Virus record (IMG/VR): IMGVR_UViG_3300033388_000817
DNA from: an uncultured virus (IMG/VR IMGVR_UViG_3300033388_000817)
Lineage: Duplodnaviria > Heunggongvirae > Uroviricota > Caudoviricetes > Crassvirales
Direction: 5' to 3' (one strand)
DNA: 20,000 nt
This document shows positions 8,559 to 16,785 of the stretch, one piece after another. The position numbers and the translations under genes are program-made. The notes beneath the pieces are model-generated. The model was not told the origin of the DNA. It worked only from the letters and a program-made list of their open reading frames with translations, and ran no database searches. Numbering within the stretch: the stretch's first letter is position 1; each line of letters opens with the position of its first letter.

Positions 8559-8968
8559 TCTTTTTGATTTTGTGGTTTGTATAATGTAAAAGGACCTATT
8601 TTACTTTCTGATATTAGTTTCTTAAACATTTTCCATCTAAGTGGAAATGATTCATTTGCACGGCCTTTTGTTTCTATTATAAAACCTTTACCTACAAAAT
8701 CAGGAGTATATTTAATATTAAGTATTTTTTTATTACCTCTATTTTTATAATCTCCTTTACCATTTCCACAACGCTCAAACGATTCAAATGGAAAATCAAA
8801 AGCTTCTTGAAGTTCAAATGTTTCTCCTTCATATAAAGCTCTGATCTTAGCTTTTTTCAAAGCCATATACATATATCGTTCTAGGCCCGACGCAAAGTTA
8901 ATACCGTCATATGATATCTTCTTTGATTGCACTGGGCCTTTTTTTCTTTTATAAGATTTCTTCTTCAT
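8516..8968 (-). CDS. PD-(D/E)XK nuclease, T7 endonuclease I/DUF1064-like Holliday junction resolvase
   Basis: Motifs DGINFASGLE, YEGETF, KYTPDF and IIETKG. Confidence 0.8.
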   Translation of the reverse strand: MKKKSYKRKKGPVQSKKISYDGINFASGLERYMYMALKKAKIRALYEGETFELQEAFDFPFESFERCGNGKGDYKNRGNKKILNIKYTPDFVGKGFIIETKGRANESFPLRWKMFKKLISESKIGPFTLYKPQNQKECDETIRLILTSRK

Positions 8969-9263
8969 TTATTTCAATGTCGTGATAGTGTAAACCATCG
9001 TTACCGTTTTGGCCTACAATATTTATTCTATTAAGCATAGCTTCTTCTATCTCATCTTGTAAACAATGTCTAGCTGATTCTAAGTATAGTATTGCGTCCA
9101 TTAGTTCTTCTTGTACATCAACAATAAATCTGCCAAGATCTTTTTTTTGACCTTCGATCTCTTGCATCATTGTAGCTCCGTATTTCTTTTGACCTATTAA
9201 GCTACGTTCGTCCATCTTCCTTAGTACATTTTGTACTATCTTGTCTTGTGTTTTAATCTGCAT
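8949..9263 (-). CDS. Small all-alpha NTP pyrophosphatase (MazG-like)-fold protein
   Basis: RSLIGQKKYG followed by the acidic helix DVQEELMDAILY; adjacent to nucleotide-metabolism genes. Confidence 0.5.
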   Translation of the reverse strand: MQIKTQDKIVQNVLRKMDERSLIGQKKYGATMMQEIEGQKKDLGRFIVDVQEELMDAILYLESARHCLQDEIEEAMLNRINIVGQNGNDGLHYHDIEINEEEIL

Positions 9264-10029
9264 CTTTTACGAAAGTTCCGTTAATCATTTTACCAGTTCT
9301 TGCTGATATTTCAGTGTAAGCAGAATCAATACAATCTTCAATAGACATACCCTCTAATTCAGCTAGATTAGTCAATACAACAACCATATCACCCACAGCA
9401 TCTTGTATTTCTTCTTTATCTTTTTGTAATAAAGCTTTAGCCAGTTCACCAGCCTCTTCCATTAATTTGACATACTGTGTATGTGAATTGCCTCCATCAT
9501 ATATACCTCTAACCAACGCCCAGTTTCTAATAAGATCAAACCTTTCGCAATCTAAATTGTTAGATATACACTTGTTAGGATTATGTTTAGTATTAAAATA
9601 AGCTTCATAAAAAGCTTTATTATATATGTAGGATCTGTCTGCGTTAAACATGGATGTTTTTACGTTTTGCATAATCCATTGTATGTTCTCTTTTGTTATT
9701 TTAAACTGGCCGAACTCTGTTTTCCACGTTAAACCAATATTATCCGTTAACCTGCCTTTTAACTTATTGACAGGGACAGGGAATGTTGAGGTTTGTTCTG
9801 TTGCGTTTATTTTCATTTTATTAAATAATTGTTTATATAGTTTTATATCTTTCTTATAGCCATAAGACTGTTGAAGCTCTATTTCGCGGTCTGATATATA
9901 ATCTATATCGTCTGACTGCTCAAGAACTTCATACTCATTCTCCTTGTATCCTTGCACAAGGGTTACCCTGCTATTAAGATCACGTGTAACACCGATCTTT
10001 TTACCTGGTATGTGGTATAAATAATACAT
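9253..10029 (-). CDS. Fusion: N-terminal GIY-YIG-like domain, unknown middle domain, C-terminal MazG-like NTP pyrophosphohydrolase
   Basis: N-terminus YYLYHI..KKIGVT..L..R...E. C-terminus IRNWA..RGI...QYVKLMEEAGELA...EIQDAVGDMVVVL...AYTEISARTGKMINGTFVKD. Confidence 0.8.
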   Translation of the reverse strand: MYYLYHIPGKKIGVTRDLNSRVTLVQGYKENEYEVLEQSDDIDYISDREIELQQSYGYKKDIKLYKQLFNKMKINATEQTSTFPVPVNKLKGRLTDNIGLTWKTEFGQFKITKENIQWIMQNVKTSMFNADRSYIYNKAFYEAYFNTKHNPNKCISNNLDCERFDLIRNWALVRGIYDGGNSHTQYVKLMEEAGELAKALLQKDKEEIQDAVGDMVVVLTNLAELEGMSIEDCIDSAYTEISARTGKMINGTFVKDAD

Positions 10030-10034
10030 ATTTT

Positions 10035-10676
10035 TTAAAGTTTATTATTGTATAAGTGCATGTTGTGAGCATGGTGGTAATACCACCCGGTTTCAATAGA
10101 CAGTCTGTCTGCAATCATATTTTGTAAAGACGCAAATTGATATTGATCATTACAAAAACCGTACCAGATGTCATTAGAACGCATATAAACAGACATACAC
10201 AGTTTGTTATTAATTATTGTAAACTGTACCGCATATGTACAAGGAGTATCTTTACTGTATTTATCATATTCCTTAGCATCGTATATACTTATAGCAGCGT
10301 GTCTAGTATCTTTATCGTCTCTAAGTTTAGCAACAACATAATCTATTTGATTGTTACGCTTCCATTGATAACCATAATTGCTATTTACATTGCCGTTACT
10401 ATCAGCCATACGTTCCCATATAGGTGGCACTTTACCATACAATTCAGCTAGCTTATTAATACTAGGATCACCAGATAAATACCAAGACCACTCGGCAGCT
10501 GCGTACTTTTTATTCCAATTACGCTGGGCGTTTGTTATCGCTTTATCTGAAGGATTATCTATATAAAAGCCACAATTAAATATAGCTTTAGTATCACCAA
10601 AATCTATACCGTGTTGTAGTATTTCATCTAATACATTTTCATAAGCTTCATTTGCGTTTTTAAATCTTTTTTTCAT
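10035..10676 (-). CDS. Thymidylate synthase-fold enzyme, dCMP hydroxymethylase (T4 gp42)-like
   Basis: AEWSWYLSG, PPIWERMA...NVNSNYG, DTRHA, catalytic PC146T, MRSNDIWYGFCND177 and NMHLY. Asp occupies the position that is Asn177 in ThyA. Confidence 0.85.
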   Translation of the reverse strand: MKKRFKNANEAYENVLDEILQHGIDFGDTKAIFNCGFYIDNPSDKAITNAQRNWNKKYAAAEWSWYLSGDPSINKLAELYGKVPPIWERMADSNGNVNSNYGYQWKRNNQIDYVVAKLRDDKDTRHAAISIYDAKEYDKYSKDTPCTYAVQFTIINNKLCMSVYMRSNDIWYGFCNDQYQFASLQNMIADRLSIETGWYYHHAHNMHLYNNKL

Positions 10677-10914
10677 ATTTATTATAGTAGTATTTATAAA
10701 ATTCGTATAACTTAATCCATATAGTTGTCGGACCATATGCTTCTGGTGATCTATTTACCTTGCCACCATTGTTGATCTCTATATACCAGCTCCCGTTCCC
10801 AGTCGCAAATGGAGATATAAATATCTTGTTCCTTATACACCAAATGTATGCCTTCGTGTCTTCCGAAGACTGAGTGTAGTGACCCATGGTGTTCTTTTGT
10901 TTTTTTGCTGGCAT
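10660..10914 (-). CDS. Hypothetical protein
   Basis: 84-aa ORF abutting the primase-helicase stop and overlapping the next start. Confidence 0.75.
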   Translation of the reverse strand: MPAKKQKNTMGHYTQSSEDTKAYIWCIRNKIFISPFATGNGSWYIEINNGGKVNRSPEAYGPTTIWIKLYEFYKYYYNKYEKKI

Positions 10915-12597
10915 CTATTCCCATGGCATTGGTTCGTTGTTAATACTCACTGGTTCATGAGGTATAAAACAACCTGATTTTGGCTCCCATTTAAAATGAG
11001 CTTCAGCACCATTTTCACCAAGGTTTTGAAACTTAACTTTTAAAACTTTAGCTTTAACTGTTTTGGCTTCATAATCTCTGTGAACTAATATGCCGTGATA
11101 ACTAGCATCATACCATTCACCACCACCTTTAATGTTGTACATTGTTGGTTCTTCCATTTTACCATCTTTGTCTTTATACATTTTAGTCGGGTGAGCTACA
11201 ACAAAAACTAAAACATCAAACTTTTTAGCAAATACTTCTATCTTAGTTAAATATTCCATTGTATACCTATTAACGTCTTCTGTCTTACAGTCAACGTCTC
11301 TAACTTTATTAAACGGATCTATAACGAGGCATTTAATACCTTTACGTTTAACTAGTTCAGCTCCTTTACGTAATACAGATTCTAACGTGTAGCGTTCCAT
11401 GTCAATATGGAAGTAATTAGTATTACAATGATTTGCTATTTGATTCCATTTATCACCGTGTATATCTGCTGACGTTGGCATACCTTCCCAGGTTTTACGC
11501 ATTAGCTTGTGAGCATGAAGATACGTCGGCGCATTCTCTGGTGACGCAAAAGCCGTTTTCCAACCGTAGTTACGATTATACCCGACAACCATTTGATCAA
11601 CAAAGTCTGATTTGCCGCTACTAGGTATACCAGTGACAGTAATAAATTGACCGGTATAAGTAGAAAATATGTCGTCAAAATTGGATAAACCAACTTGATA
11701 TCCTTTCTTAAAGCCATTGCGGACAAAGTCAGTAACCTCATCTTCAATATCCTTGAATGTTGTAACATTTTCGAGTGGTACGGGTCTCGCGGAGGTAATA
11801 CGCTGTACCAGTTTTTCTTTTCCATGTTTTTGTAAGTATTCATTAGCATCTTTACAGTCGTCAAACGTTGCTAAGTAACAAACTTCAGCTCCAAGTCTAC
11901 GGACTAATTCTGATTGTAATGCTTGCCCTGCTTCATCTGAGTCAACTGCTAATATGATTTTTTCTTTGTCTTCAAAGTAATCAATACAATTATCAAGATA
12001 ATCTAAGTTGTTATTATTAAGAGTAGCTCCATTAGGAACAGATACAACATTTGGTATACCTGCTTCGTGTAAAGCTAACACATCCATTTCACCTTCTGTT
12101 ATGATACAATATTCATAACCTACTATGCTATTTATATTATAGAATACTTTTTCAGCACCCTTATATAATTTAAAGTTTTTTCTTCCATCACGATACTTAA
12201 CATTAATAAGTTGATCACCCATGAAATAATTAAACTGTATTGTATTCTCGGTCTTACCGGTTTGTGGCATATACTCAGAACCTTCACCAACTTCTAAGTC
12301 GATCAAGGTCTGAGATCCTATACCTCTTGTTTTAAACCATTCAATTACTTTATCACTTAAAAATTCAGGGTATTCGGTATTGCTAGGCGGACCTGGTGGT
12401 CTTACGTATTCTTTTTCACTAGCTCCTTTACGTTGATAAGTGTGTAACTGAAATGATGTGTTACAATTATGACAAGTACCGAGACCCCGTTCCCAATCAT
12501 AAGACGCGCATTTAGCCTTTTGATTCTTGGGTTTTCTATCGTGAGAACAAAGAGGGCATATACCCTGCTTCTTTCCCTCTTCATGTCTGCATTTAAT
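10915..12597 (-). CDS. Bifunctional primase-helicase (Twinkle/T7 gp4-like) with anomalous 5' end
   Basis: The frame is open from 12597. It contains a Zn finger CPLC...CHNC, TOPRIM ITEGEMD and DSDEAG, Walker A GIPSSGKS, Walker B LVIDPFN and VAHP. There is no in-frame ATG upstream of the Zn finger; the ORF track's 12306 start is an internal TTG. Confidence 0.9.
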   Translation of the reverse strand: MKCRHEEGKKQGICPLCSHDRKPKNQKAKCASYDWERGLGTCHNCNTSFQLHTYQRKGASEKEYVRPPGPPSNTEYPEFLSDKVIEWFKTRGIGSQTLIDLEVGEGSEYMPQTGKTENTIQFNYFMGDQLINVKYRDGRKNFKLYKGAEKVFYNINSIVGYEYCIITEGEMDVLALHEAGIPNVVSVPNGATLNNNNLDYLDNCIDYFEDKEKIILAVDSDEAGQALQSELVRRLGAEVCYLATFDDCKDANEYLQKHGKEKLVQRITSARPVPLENVTTFKDIEDEVTDFVRNGFKKGYQVGLSNFDDIFSTYTGQFITVTGIPSSGKSDFVDQMVVGYNRNYGWKTAFASPENAPTYLHAHKLMRKTWEGMPTSADIHGDKWNQIANHCNTNYFHIDMERYTLESVLRKGAELVKRKGIKCLVIDPFNKVRDVDCKTEDVNRYTMEYLTKIEVFAKKFDVLVFVVAHPTKMYKDKDGKMEEPTMYNIKGGGEWYDASYHGILVHRDYEAKTVKAKVLKVKFQNLGENGAEAHFKWEPKSGCFIPHEPVSINNEPMPWE

Positions 12598-12601
12598 TTA
12601 A

Positions 12602-12907
12602 TTAAAATGGTAAATCATCATCTTTTCTATATATTTCCCCCTGCTTAGGTTGGTCTTGTCTTGGTGCTGGTTCAACATTAGTACCATTAGTCCACACAAC
12701 TTGTACGTTTCCTAAATATACTTTAGCAACTTTAGCCTCTCTTTCTTCCTTTGATTGTGCTACAACCACAGGACCGCTATTACCAAATTGATCTAACTCA
12801 TCATTTATGGTTATTGTTATCGGTAGGTATTTACCTTTTTTACCTTCAATTATTTTATCCTTAGGTATATTGTTAAGGTTAATACTAGTTTTAATTATAC
12901 TTGCCAT
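12602..12907 (-). CDS. Single-stranded DNA-binding protein-like
   Basis: Beta-rich 101-aa protein with an acidic DDDLPF C-terminal tip, located between the recombination genes and the primase. Confidence 0.7.
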   Translation of the reverse strand: MASIIKTSINLNNIPKDKIIEGKKGKYLPITITINDELDQFGNSGPVVVAQSKEEREAKVAKVYLGNVQVVWTNGTNVEPAPRQDQPKQGEIYRKDDDLPF

Positions 12908-13086
12908 TATGCATATTGATTTATTTGATTAAACATCCTAGCTAACTGATCTTTTGTCGCGTTAGTAGTTCTTCTTATATTGTCTACAGCTTTTACGTGC
13001 GTTTGGTTTTTGTAAAAATTATTTACATCAGTTTCTAATCCTGTTACACTGCACACTTTTGTTTGGTTTTTTCTGGTTCTTGCCAT
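12907..13086 (-). CDS. Hypothetical 59-aa protein
   Basis: MARTRKNQTKVCSVTGLETDVNNFY... starts 1 nt after the upstream stop and has a TAATG overlap downstream. Confidence 0.7.
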   Translation of the reverse strand: MARTRKNQTKVCSVTGLETDVNNFYKNQTHVKAVDNIRRTTNATKDQLARMFNQINQYA

Positions 13087-13087
13087 A

Positions 13088-13819
13088 TTATAAGGTTTTA
13101 TTAATAAAATATTGGGTAGGATCAAAGCCTTCAGACTTATAAAATAACTCATAAGCCTGAACTGCTCTTTCAACTTTGTCCTTACCACGTTCATAAAATT
13201 CTGGTGAGCAGTCAAATATACCTATTTGGCCTGTATTTTTATCAATGGCAATAAATACCATTTCATAACCAAATAGTTTACTATAAATATAAGCTTGTGA
13301 GTCATAATTATACTTGGAAGCTGAATATTTAAATTTATTAAGATCTGCTGTCGTCTTTAAATCAACAACTAGCTTTTCTGAATGATTTATAATATCTGCT
13401 TTACCTTTCCATTTATGACCTTCAAGTTCTGTAATGCCAGGCACTTCATATTCGCATTGCCCTTCGCGTATAAGATCATAACATATTTTATTAGCTAACA
13501 TTTTATCTGTTAGTTTTTCTATATTATCAACCTCATGTTGCAGCAGGCACAACTCACCGCCTGACATCTCTTTATACACTTTTGTGTTTCTAGTTGTAGC
13601 CTCTATAATCTTAAACTTTTTAAGTTTGTCAGGTTCTAGAATAGCTGTATGGAAATAACCACCAACTAAAAACGCGGGTCTAGCTTCTGATGCTTTACCT
13701 AGCGCTAAAGGGTTTGTAAGCAAGGTACTGATATCTGAGTTACTAAGATACTTTTTACCAAAGGCACCGTAGTAATGTTCGTCATCACGTAGCTTTTCAA
13801 TTGCTTTTTCTTTATTCAT
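13088..13819 (-). CDS. PD-(D/E)XK exonuclease, RecE/exodeoxyribonuclease VIII (DUF3799)-like
   Basis: YLSNSDI, GGYFHTAILEP, KGKADII, VDLKTT and YNYDSQAYIY; adjacent to ERF. Confidence 0.85.
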   Translation of the reverse strand: MNKEKAIEKLRDDEHYYGAFGKKYLSNSDISTLLTNPLALGKASEARPAFLVGGYFHTAILEPDKLKKFKIIEATTRNTKVYKEMSGGELCLLQHEVDNIEKLTDKMLANKICYDLIREGQCEYEVPGITELEGHKWKGKADIINHSEKLVVDLKTTADLNKFKYSASKYNYDSQAYIYSKLFGYEMVFIAIDKNTGQIGIFDCSPEFYERGKDKVERAVQAYELFYKSEGFDPTQYFINKTL

Positions 13820-13820
13820 A

Positions 13821-14369
13821 TTATAGTGTTGTTAACGCTCCTTCTATTTCTTTAGATAGAGCATATTTAGCTTTTATAGCTGATACTTTACCACCTGCTG
13901 TTACATACTGTACTGCTTTTTCATAGGCAGGATCTTTTTTAGATGTTAAGGTTGGTTTTTTTGGCTCGAACTTCTTCTTACCGTGATCATTAGTAGCATC
14001 ACTATCCGCTGTATCATCAATTAAGAATAAATTACCCAATGCATATTTCTTAGCATACGAAGATGCTGATCCAAATTGCTGAGGTGTATTCATACCTTTT
14101 TGATTTAAGTCTACGCCAACTATAGCTGTAGCTTCTATAAAATCTTTACCATCTGTTATAGTAGCTGTTGATGTCATAATAGGTAAACCTACCACTTCAT
14201 CAAGCCTTTCGTTTATTGTAACTGATACTCCTAATTCTAATAAAAAGGGTTTTGTTGCTTCTAGGATGTCTTCGGCTGATCTGAAGTTGTATTTGCCGAA
14301 AGAGTTAAATCTGCTTTTTTTAGATTTAAACTTTGTTTGGATTGTCGCTAATTTTTCGTTTATATTCAT
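13821..14369 (-). CDS. ERF-family single-strand annealing recombinase
   Basis: FGKYNFRSAEDILEATKP and QQFGSASSYAKKYALGNLFLIDDTADSD. Confidence 0.9.
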   Translation of the reverse strand: MNINEKLATIQTKFKSKKSRFNSFGKYNFRSAEDILEATKPFLLELGVSVTINERLDEVVGLPIMTSTATITDGKDFIEATAIVGVDLNQKGMNTPQQFGSASSYAKKYALGNLFLIDDTADSDATNDHGKKKFEPKKPTLTSKKDPAYEKAVQYVTAGGKVSAIKAKYALSKEIEGALTTL

Positions 14370-14434
14370 TCGTTCGTTTTTAAATTTGCTTATTATTATA
14401 ATTACATGTTTTATTTTAGATTTACATACATAAC

Positions 14435-15190
14435 CTACAGATAATCAAGCACTTGCGAGTGATCTACATTGTCTATTAATTTTTGTACTGCTTGTCTTTT
14501 TAATTCAGAAACACGTACATAAGCACTTGCACCTCTAATGTTAAGTTTGTTAGCTATATAGTTACCAGAATGTTTATCACAGTCTAGACCATATGAAAGC
14601 CTTAGTACTTCATATTCAATTTTTGTTAAATATTTTTCCATTAAACTTTTTAAGTATAAATTTAATAACTGTATGTTATAAGGTTCAGACTTATCAGGTA
14701 ATTGATACATCATATTTTCACCGTGCTCATTAACAGGTTGATTATCTATAGATAAAAACGTACTATTAAAAAACATAGCTACGGCTATTTTGTCTTTAGG
14801 ATTTTTACGTATTTCATTGAGTTTATGTTCTGGTATACGCATATCACCTCTAGCCATATCAATTCTTCTTCTTATTGCTCCTTTAATACGTTTGCTAAAA
14901 AAACTTTTTAATGTTTTTTCTACATCTTCAGAATCTTCTAACATGAGCCAATCTAATTTATCTACTCCCTTTGTTAAACCTTCACCACCACATTGTATTA
15001 AGTCCATTATGGTTAATACGCCTGAAGCTTGTTGTGATGTTGAAAATTTTCTAGCTAAGTTTTCTACTAATGGCATGAATTTAATAATTAACTCATCTCG
15101 TGAATAATAATCATAAAATTTATCTGGAGGCATAGAGGATTTTAAATCTTCTTTGTACCTTATATAGTTTTGTATGTTATATTTCTTCAT
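14435..15190 (-). CDS. Phage-encoded sigma-70 family RNA polymerase sigma factor
   Basis: Region 2 (PLVENLARKF, DLIQCGGEGL..GVDK, RIKGAIRRRI, MRIPEH) and region 4 HTH (EYEVLRLSYGL...IANKLNI...RVSELKRQAVQKL). Confidence 0.85.
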   Translation of the reverse strand: MKKYNIQNYIRYKEDLKSSMPPDKFYDYYSRDELIIKFMPLVENLARKFSTSQQASGVLTIMDLIQCGGEGLTKGVDKLDWLMLEDSEDVEKTLKSFFSKRIKGAIRRRIDMARGDMRIPEHKLNEIRKNPKDKIAVAMFFNSTFLSIDNQPVNEHGENMMYQLPDKSEPYNIQLLNLYLKSLMEKYLTKIEYEVLRLSYGLDCDKHSGNYIANKLNIRGASAYVRVSELKRQAVQKLIDNVDHSQVLDYL

Positions 15191-15791
15191 TTAGTATTTT
15201 TATTTCTTGTTTTAACTCATCATTTATATGACGATATATCGTTCTTTTAGACACGTCTAATAATCCAGCTATTCTACTAATACAAATATGTTTACCAAGA
15301 TCGTTAAGATCAAGCATACATTGATATATAGCTTCTTCATCAACTCGTGATGATCTACCTATTAACCTACCTACTATACTAAGCTTTTCACTTATAGTTA
15401 GCATGCTATAGTCTTTAAATATTACTTTACGTATTTTATTAACAGGAGGTTCGCCACCTGTTTTAAAAACATCATCTATCATATCGTTTAATACTTTTTT
15501 ACTAATAAAAAACGTTACAAAACCGTTATCTTTATTGGCTATAAATTCATAAACATGTGATGGCAACAAGCCATTTTCTTGATTTAAATAATATAGCACT
15601 AAAAAATGCCATTTTAAAGATTTGTATGTAGTTATTTTAGCTTTAGTATTAAACAAACTATAATGCTCGTGTGTGCCATTTTCAAAGAACATGTATTGAT
15701 TGGTTTCAATAGTAGGTTTGTCATTAATAGGAAACTGCCTATAAATAACACGTCTATCATTTAACCATTTTATATTTCTTTCTTGTGACAT
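15177..15791 (-). CDS. DNA-binding protein with C-terminal helix-turn-helix
   Basis: C-terminal ISRIAGLLDVSKRTIYRHI HTH. Confidence 0.7.
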   Translation of the reverse strand: MSQERNIKWLNDRRVIYRQFPINDKPTIETNQYMFFENGTHEHYSLFNTKAKITTYKSLKWHFLVLYYLNQENGLLPSHVYEFIANKDNGFVTFFISKKVLNDMIDDVFKTGGEPPVNKIRKVIFKDYSMLTISEKLSIVGRLIGRSSRVDEEAIYQCMLDLNDLGKHICISRIAGLLDVSKRTIYRHINDELKQEIKILNEEI

Positions 15792-15832
15792 TTGCTTATT
15801 ACTTATTTAACTTATAAGGGCTGTTGTCACAA
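15783..15832. promoter_or_regulatory. Inverted repeat spanning the upstream stop codon and the HTH gene start codon
   Basis: TTGTGACA (15783-15790) and TGTCACAA (15825-15832), with a partly self-complementary AT-rich spacer. Confidence 0.55.
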
Positions 15833-16021
15833 CCCCAGGTATTTCAATCTTCGATTGTATTTTAAAAAAAGCTTTGCTTTTAATTGTGCTAAATGATAAT
15901 CACCATTTAACGTGTGCAAAACTATATCGCTATGCATATTTGCTATTGCTATTTCTAGTTTGTTTTTGTGCGCTTTTTTTCTTCGGCTTTCTGTAAGATT
16001 TAATCTTATCGTTAATTCCAT
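15827..16021 (-). CDS. Hypothetical basic protein
   Basis: 64-aa ORF overlapping the upstream stop. Confidence 0.6.
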   Translation of the reverse strand: MELTIRLNLTESRRKKAHKNKLEIAIANMHSDIVLHTLNGDYHLAQLKAKLFLKYNRRLKYLGL

Positions 16022-16518
16022 TGTAATTCGTTTTTATTAAGTGGTCTACTAATCTTTTGCTCATTTTTTCCTTTTATTAATTGTTTTTCTTGTTCGTAAT
16101 AATTCCAATAAGCTGATATGCTATCACCTTCAACTTTATACTCATCTGGCATACACTGAGGTGGTTCTGTAAAGAAACCGTCAGGCATGCCATTAGGTAC
16201 AAACATTAAAGGTACTTTGCATTTAGTTATTGTTAAATGTGTTTTACCATATCGCTTAGTATACTCATCGCCAAGCGCAATCATATGTTTATATAACCAC
16301 AAATATTGGCTTTTATTGCCTCTAGTCCATATAGTTGATGGATGATTGTAGTGGGCTTTTTTGTATGGTACAAAAGTTTTGTAATTATATGATTCCGCAT
16401 AATGATGATGTGCTGTACAAAGCATCTGGGCTGATTCTAAGACCATTTTGACCACATGTTTGTTGTATTGTATCTGTGCAGCTTTAACTGGATCAGAGTC
16501 TAAATAAAATATATTCAT
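16012..16518 (-). CDS. Pyrimidine dimer DNA glycosylase/endonuclease V-like protein
   Basis: MNIFYLD..P..AA....KHVVKMVLESAQMLCTAH, YKKAHYNHPSTIW, EYTKRYGKTH and PPQCMPDEYK. Confidence 0.8.
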   Translation of the reverse strand: MNIFYLDSDPVKAAQIQYNKHVVKMVLESAQMLCTAHHHYAESYNYKTFVPYKKAHYNHPSTIWTRGNKSQYLWLYKHMIALGDEYTKRYGKTHLTITKCKVPLMFVPNGMPDGFFTEPPQCMPDEYKVEGDSISAYWNYYEQEKQLIKGKNEQKISRPLNKNELQWN

Positions 16519-16625
16519 CTATATCTTTTATTATTTATTCTATTATAATATTGATCTAATAATAAGTGTACTACTTCTTCGCTTATCATGTTTTCGTTGT
16601 ATAGTTTCCATATTAGTTTACTCAT
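16515..16625 (-). CDS. Hypothetical 36-aa protein (not in ORF track)
   Basis: MSKLIWKLYNENMISEEVVHLLLDQYYNRINNKRYR, with an ATGA overlap to the downstream gene. Confidence 0.6.
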   Translation of the reverse strand: MSKLIWKLYNENMISEEVVHLLLDQYYNRINNKRYR

Positions 16626-16785
16626 AAAATTCTTTTATAGTTTCTTCGTGGTAGCCCATTGCTCTTACTATTTCTAGCCACATATCATGTAGCTGCTCTA
16701 AAGTTACATCTGAATGATCTACCTGTGTAGATATTTTTTTATTATAAAACTCTAAAGTGATTTTGGTTGGTTCTATTTTATTCAT
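16618..16785 (-). CDS. Hypothetical 55-aa protein (not in ORF track)
   Basis: MNKIEPTKITLEFYNKKISTQVDHSDVTLEQLHDMWLEIVRAMGYHEETIKEFYE, with an ATGA overlap to the upstream gene. Confidence 0.7.
   Translation of the reverse strand: MNKIEPTKITLEFYNKKISTQVDHSDVTLEQLHDMWLEIVRAMGYHEETIKEFYE

Noticed and set aside
10035..10736. Annotation as ordinary thymidylate synthase thyA starting at 10736
   Set aside because: Asp at the Asn177-equivalent position and gp42-like motifs argue against ThyA. The 10736 start overlaps the upstream gene by 77 nt, so 10676 is preferred.
12402..12584. 60-aa ORF MKRERSRVYALFVL...
   Set aside because: It overlaps the primase Zn-finger frame (CPLC...CHNC), which is clearly the selected frame.
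4467..12597. Introns or inteins in nrdA, nrdB or the helicase
   Set aside because: Lengths are compact and the motifs are continuous, with no intein termini or homing-endonuclease insertions seen.
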